Virus record (IMG/VR): IMGVR_UViG_3300031760_000053 | Direction: 5' to 3' (one strand) | Source: an uncultured virus (IMG/VR IMGVR_UViG_3300031760_000053) | Lineage: Duplodnaviria > Heunggongvirae > Uroviricota > Caudoviricetes | DNA length: 20,000 nucleotides | Part shown: in pieces, positions 18,619 to 20,000 of the stretch | How the letters are laid out: each line of letters begins with the position of its first letter | How positions within the stretch are numbered: position 1 is the first letter of the stretch | Program-made: the position numbers and the translations under genes | Notes under the pieces: model-generated | Told to the model about the DNA's origin: nothing | Databases searched by the model: none | The model's input: only the letters and a program-made list of their open reading frames with translations

Positions 18619-18837
18619 CTTATCAAGTATGATGCAGTTGCTACAGAATCCGCAGCAGGTATTATCTGAGCAGATGGCTGCACAGCTTATTCGTGAGAAC
18701 CCAAAGCAATGGCAGCAAGCACAAGGTATGTTTGCTAATAAAACCACGAACAACAAGTAGCAGCATTAAGAGAACTCTATAAGAGTAGAGGAATGAATCT
18801 TGATGCTGTAGCTAGACAATATGGAGTACAGTTATGA
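18611..18837 (+). pseudogene. Frameshifted small M/Q-rich phage protein (75 aa if one A is restored at 18740-18743)
   Basis: GGAGAGG upstream; ATG at 18611 reads MFNLSSMMQLLQNPQQ...FANK, then stops at TAG 18758-18760. The -1 frame continues NHEQQVAALRELYKSRGMNLDAVARQYGVQL to TGA 18835-18837, which overlaps the next ATG (ATGA). Confidence 0.75.
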
Positions 18838-19547
18838 TAAGTGATGACAAGCGACCGAGCTTAACAATGGGGAATATAAAAGCTCTTATCCGTAGTATAA
18901 AAGACTATGTAAACAAGAAACTAAAAGACTTGGACATTGATACAAGTCTGTATGCAAAGCAATCTGATATGAACGCAGTACAATCAGTTATTCCTAGTAA
19001 TGCTAGTGCTAGTAATAAACTGGTTACTGCAAGTGATACAGGCTTATATGCAAAGCAATCAGATATGAACGCAGTACAGGCAGTTATTCCTACTAATGCT
19101 AGTGCTAGTAATAAACTGGTTACTGCAAGTGATACAGGCTTATATGCAAAGCAATCAGATATGAACGCAGTACAGGCAGTTATTCCTTCTGATGCTAGTG
19201 CTAGTAATCAGTTAGTAACTAACAAAGTTACAGTTTTACCAGAAGTTTCACTACTTTCTGAAGCAAATGATGTCTTTGCAGATGCTGATGGAATAAAAAC
19301 AGGGCATATAGTACAACTGACTATCTATGGACTTCAAATCTCTGCAGCAAAGAGTAGTAAGCTAGGCAAGTTTCCTTCAATACCTCGCCCAGCGTCGGCT
19401 GTATTCTTTATTGCAGCAGATGATGAGGATACAGATTTTTATCCCCTATATCTAAACCAATACGCAGAGCTGTATACACAAGACAAAGAAATCCCTGACG
19501 GAAAAATCTTCAGAAACTGTACAATTACTTATATTAGTAATGAGTAA
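18834..19547 (+). CDS. Short fibre / receptor-binding-like protein with three 32-aa repeats (237 aa)
   Basis: GGAG RBS; three DTxLYAKQSDMNAVQxVIPxxASASNxLVT units followed by a beta-rich C-terminal head (GHIVQLTIYG...LGKFPSIPRPA...CTITYI). Confidence 0.65.
   Translation: MISDDKRPSLTMGNIKALIRSIKDYVNKKLKDLDIDTSLYAKQSDMNAVQSVIPSNASASNKLVTASDTGLYAKQSDMNAVQAVIPTNASASNKLVTASDTGLYAKQSDMNAVQAVIPSDASASNQLVTNKVTVLPEVSLLSEANDVFADADGIKTGHIVQLTIYGLQISAAKSSKLGKFPSIPRPASAVFFIAADDEDTDFYPLYLNQYAELYTQDKEIPDGKIFRNCTITYISNE
18939..19220 (+). repeat. Three tandem 96-nt repeats within fibre gene
   Basis: Units start at 18939, 19035 and 19131; near-identical at DNA level. Confidence 0.95.
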
Positions 19548-19583
19548 CCACACCTCAATTATTTATAGGATATAGGAGGTTAT

Positions 19584-19802
19584 ATGTCAAATAAGATGTA
19601 TGACTTTTTGAAATATGTGGCACAGGTGGTGTTTCCTGCTATCGGTACGTTGTACTTTGCTATAGCAGAAATTTGGAAGCTCCCTTGTGCTGAGCAGGTA
19701 GTCGGCACTATTACCGCTGTAGATACTTTCTTGGGTATCTTGCTCGGTATTAGTAGTAACAAATATTACAAAAAGGTCGGAAAAGACCTTGAGGAGTTGT
19801 AG
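19584..19802 (+). CDS. Holin, Dp-1 family (72 aa)
   Basis: GGAGG RBS. SNKMYDFLKYVAQVVFPAIGTLYFAIAEIWKLP..EQVVGTITAVDTFLGILLGISSNKY matches the Dp-1-type holin pattern, with two hydrophobic segments and a basic tail. Confidence 0.9.
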   Translation: MSNKMYDFLKYVAQVVFPAIGTLYFAIAEIWKLPCAEQVVGTITAVDTFLGILLGISSNKYYKKVGKDLEEL

Positions 19803-19897
19803 GCGTATTCCGTATGCCACAGAGCTACACATTTAACGCAGGTCCAGGACCTTTCGCAGCACAGCCCCTTCCGTTCCCAATGGGAGCTATTGCATAA
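19793..19897 (+). pseudogene. Probable 3' remnant of a phage gene (..GVFRMPQSYTFNAGPGPF..), or a 27-aa ORF 19814-19897
   Basis: Open frame between TGA 19790-19792 and TAA 19895-19897 with coding-like codons. It resembles the remembered C-terminus (GVVRYP...TYNAG.SPF) of a common phage protein family. Confidence 0.4.
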
Positions 19898-19921
19898 AAT
19901 TATTTTATAGGAGATTAGATT

Positions 19922-20000
19922 ATGGCAGTAATCAGTTATTTGAACCTTGCAGGTGTTCGCAAAATTGCTTCTGAAGTTAAGAAGCGTGTTTCACAGATGT
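19922..20000 (+). CDS. 5' part of a fibre-like protein (MAVISYLNLAGVRKIASEVKKRVSQM...), truncated by window end
   Basis: TAGGAG RBS at about 19908-19913; open to the end of the window; N-terminal YLxxxG..helix motif. Confidence 0.65.
   Translation, partial: MAVISYLNLAGVRKIASEVKKRVSQM

Larger units (their letters stand above)
1..20000 (+). mobile_element. Tailed dsDNA phage (or prophage) structural/morphogenesis gene module, podovirus-like
   Basis: About 27 co-directional, tightly packed or overlapping ORFs (ATGA, TGATG, TAATG couplings). Recognisable capsid, tail-collar, S74-like, KTSC and holin motifs. No tape-measure or sheath gene seen and no housekeeping genes. Confidence 0.95.

Noticed and set aside
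1667..19832. Numerous minus-strand and alternate-frame ORFs of 60-170 aa in the ORF track
   Set aside because: All overlap longer + strand genes with RBSs and coupling; they have shadow-like composition and no recognisable motifs.
19803..19921. tRNA or structured ncRNA in the GC-richer gap after the holin
   Set aside because: No cloverleaf or T-loop motif is visible; the sequence is better explained as a coding remnant.
1..20000. Stop-codon reassignment (as in some gut phages)
   Set aside because: Genes are long and tile the window under the standard code; TAG and TGA both end genes at sensible boundaries. Reading through TAG 18758 meets TAA two codons later.
1..20000. Assigning a host genus or named phage family
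   Set aside because: Sigma70-like promoters, GGAG SDs and a Dp-1-type holin are not specific enough, and the holin may be recently acquired; a database comparison is needed.

Overview
The whole window is a densely packed, single-strand (+) virion-morphogenesis operon of an AT-rich tailed dsDNA phage with podovirus-like architecture, using the standard genetic code. In order it carries: a 5'-truncated large tail (nozzle-like) protein; a run of low-complexity internal/ejection-like proteins; a stand-alone peptidase-S74-like chaperone domain; a head-tail adaptor-like protein; a Pro/acidic scaffold-like protein; a 550-aa major capsid protein followed by a terminator; a KTSC-domain protein; several fibre proteins; a frameshifted small gene; a Dp-1-type holin; and a gene remnant. 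No portal, terminase, prohead protease or endolysin is recognisable in the window. The most striking observation is an apparently split S74 auto-cleavage system. The S74-like gene lacks its Ser-Asp-x-x-x-Lys cleavage motif, while two tandem copies of that motif sit near the C-terminus of the putative scaffold protein. In addition, five candidate capsid-internal proteins end in a shared short motif ([SNP]-[IL]-[ILV]-x-A-[TVLI]) that could be a packaging signal. All family assignments are by eye from remembered motifs; no searches were run.
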